A stretch of 63,162 nt of DNA, the filler included, from Octopus bimaculoides (Eukaryota), in NCBI RefSeq assembly GCF_001194135.2. It is 6 parts of 6 records of this genome, joined end to end, with 100 filler letters (N's around TTAATTAATTAA, not from the genome) between each part and the next. Parts side by side here need not be neighbours in the genome. Positions count along the whole stretch, not along the records: positions 58,585 to 61,681 come from NW_026377826.1; positions 61,782 to 63,162 come from NW_026381168.1; 4 more parts are not named here. One strand, given 5' to 3'. The position numbers and the translations under genes are program-made. How positions within the stretch are numbered: the first letter of the stretch is position 1; each line of letters opens with the position of its first letter. Below, piece by piece: positions 61,359-63,162 of this stretch. The notes under the pieces were generated by a model, which was given only the letters and a program-made list of their open reading frames with translations, searched no databases and was not told where the DNA came from.

Positions 61359-61566
61359 TACAGGGTTCGCTAAAAGTCATTATCTGTAATTCTGTATTGA
61401 CTCGAATGGAAAAATGTGTCGCTCAAGAAGGACTTCAGCTTGAACAATTTAAATGGTGTTTCATGTTTAGAAGACTTTATTAATTTCATTGAGTTGTTAA
61501 ACATAAATGAATCATGGAATTAAATGGTTTTGATTTACTGTCAGGTGACTTTTGGCCAGCCCTGTA
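61359..61566 (+). mobile_element. Tc1/mariner-family MITE with TA target duplication
   Basis: TA-CAGGGTTCGCTAAAAGTCA ... TGACTTTTGGCCAGCCCTG-TA; interior encodes transposase tail VICNSVLTRMEKCVAQEGLQLEQFK. Confidence 0.85.
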
Positions 61567-61781
61567 TTATATTTGATATATAATACATGCAGTGTACGCG
61601 CACACACGCGCACACACGCACACACACATATATATCTATTACACATATGTATGTATATGTATATGTATATATATATATATANNNNNNNNNNNNNNNNNNN
61701 NNNNNNNNNNNNNNNNNNNNNNNNNTTAATTAATTAANNNNNNNNNNNNNNNNNNNNNNNNNNNNNNNNNNNNNNNNNNNN

Positions 61782-61940
61782 GCCCACAAGGGGCTAAACA
61801 TAGAGGGAACAAACAAGGACAGACAAACGGACTAAGTCGATTATATCGACTCCAGTGCTTAACTGGTACTTATTTAATCGACCCCGAAAGAATGAAAGGC
61901 AAAGTTGACCTCGGCGGAATTTGAACGGAATTTGAACTCA
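61782..61940 (-). mobile_element. SINE type A fragment
   Basis: GCCCACAAGGGGCTAAACATAGAGGG..TTAATCGACCCCGAAAGAATGAAAGGCAAAG. Confidence 0.85.
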
Positions 61941-62020
61941 TGTGGGAAGGGGCACCATGTGGTAGGGGGCACCAAGGAGGACGTGACAAAGACAAGCAAA
62001 TTCCTACGACCATCAGCTTG

Positions 62021-62265
62021 TATTGGGTTGGTGTATTTTTACACTTTTTTCAAATTTTATTCAACAAAAGCAACAATATTTAACAAAAACATCTTTAAAT
62101 GACGGTCTGATCGTCTGCCAAGCAAATGGGAAGCAGTAATTGAAGTAGACGGTGAATATGGTCCAGAATAATTATTTAAAGATGTTTTTGATACATGTTG
62201 TTATTGATTTTGTTGAATAAAATTTGTTGGAAAAGAAGCCGCAATAATTATGCACCAACCCAATA
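62021..62265 (+). mobile_element. mariner-derived MITE with about 80-bp inverted arms and TA target duplication
   Basis: TATTGGGTTGGTG(T)AT ... ATGCACCAACCCAATA; core encodes GLIRLPSKWEAVIEVDGEYGPE*. Confidence 0.9.
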
Positions 62266-62863
62266 CATGCGGAAGTTCAACTTGCCCGGGGTGCCAGCAA
62301 CCCTAGGGCCGGCCCTGGCTATACCCCAGCATGGCCGCAGTCCAAAGACTGAAACAAGCAAACGAAAGCTCTTTAATGCAACCATTTTATCTAGTATTTG
62401 AATCAGGAGTTTTGATAACCTTTTTAATAATTGATTTGTCCGTGATGTAATGAGAACCAGAGTGCAGTTTAATTTCTTTCATACGCTAATAGTCAAAATT
62501 AACCTCGACAAGCGTAAGGGTGTGGAGTGTTCATATGGATAGATATTTGTATATGCGTTTGGTTGTGTGTGCTTGTGCTTGTGCGTGTGTGGTTATCTTT
62601 AAGTTATTTGAGTTCGGTTAAAAGAAAATATTGTTCAGCCAAATTTGTTCTCACATAAGGCGCCAAAGCTTCCTCTTCCCAATTGCTTCAAGACGTCTTG
62701 AATAACAGAGTATAAGACTACTTCTGATACATGGAAGCAACTTCGGCAACAACAACAATTACAACAACGACTGCGGTGAACACTAAAACAACGAACGGCA
62801 ACATAGAAACAAATTATATTTTTGATAGAAGAAGACTTAGAAACCTTAGAAGATGATGATTAT

Positions 62864-62928
62864 GATGATGGAGGAGGAGGACCAGGGGCCTTTTCGCGTT
62901 CGTTACGTCACTCATAGTGGCGACAGCG

Positions 62929-62959
<31 letters not shown>

Positions 62960-63040
62960 GAGGAGGACCAGGAGTCTTTTCGCGTTCGTTACGTCACTCA
63001 TAGTGGCGACAGCATATGATGATGATGATGATGATGATGA
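62864..63040. repeat. 86-bp tandem duplication embedded in (GAT)n
   Basis: GGAGGAGGAGGACCAGG..TTTTCGCGTTCGTTACGTCACTCATAGTGGCGACAGC occurs twice (ACCAGG at 62881 and 62967). Confidence 0.92.
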
Positions 63041-63162
63041 ACGTAGCGAGGTGACGGGAATGGGGGAGGAGGTCGGGGAAAAATTAAGATGATGCTTGCG
63101 AGAAAGCGTTGAAAGAAGAATAGTTAATTCTTATGAAAGAGCATCCTGTTTGTGGAAGGAAG

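Overview
AT-rich, microsatellite-saturated eukaryotic genomic DNA from a gapped draft assembly with many N runs and synthetic TTAATTAATTAA pads. The SINE repertoire and repeat landscape suggest a coleoid cephalopod, most likely Octopus; this is an inference I could not verify. No intact, recognisable host gene, rRNA, true tRNA or CRISPR array is visible. Almost all long entries in the ORF track are microsatellite or N-gap artefacts. The window is a transposon graveyard. It holds about 40 copies of five tRNA-derived SINE types that swap heads, central domains and tails, and a 6-kb stack of R4/Dong-clade (restriction-like endonuclease) LINEs bounded by (TAA)n tracts. It also holds RTE and Tx1/L1 relics and Tc1/mariner and hAT non-autonomous elements. 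The most interesting signal is RNA structure: at least three families of minimal type I hammerhead-ribozyme motifs of the kind carried by Penelope-like elements and retrozymes. One copy is near-perfect (27054-27103). One family lacks the canonical A6 of the CUGANGA core in every copy seen. A few exon-shaped segments may belong to a large-intron host gene or lncRNA, but they cannot be assembled from sequence alone. SINE and relic boundaries are approximate (about 10-20 bp).
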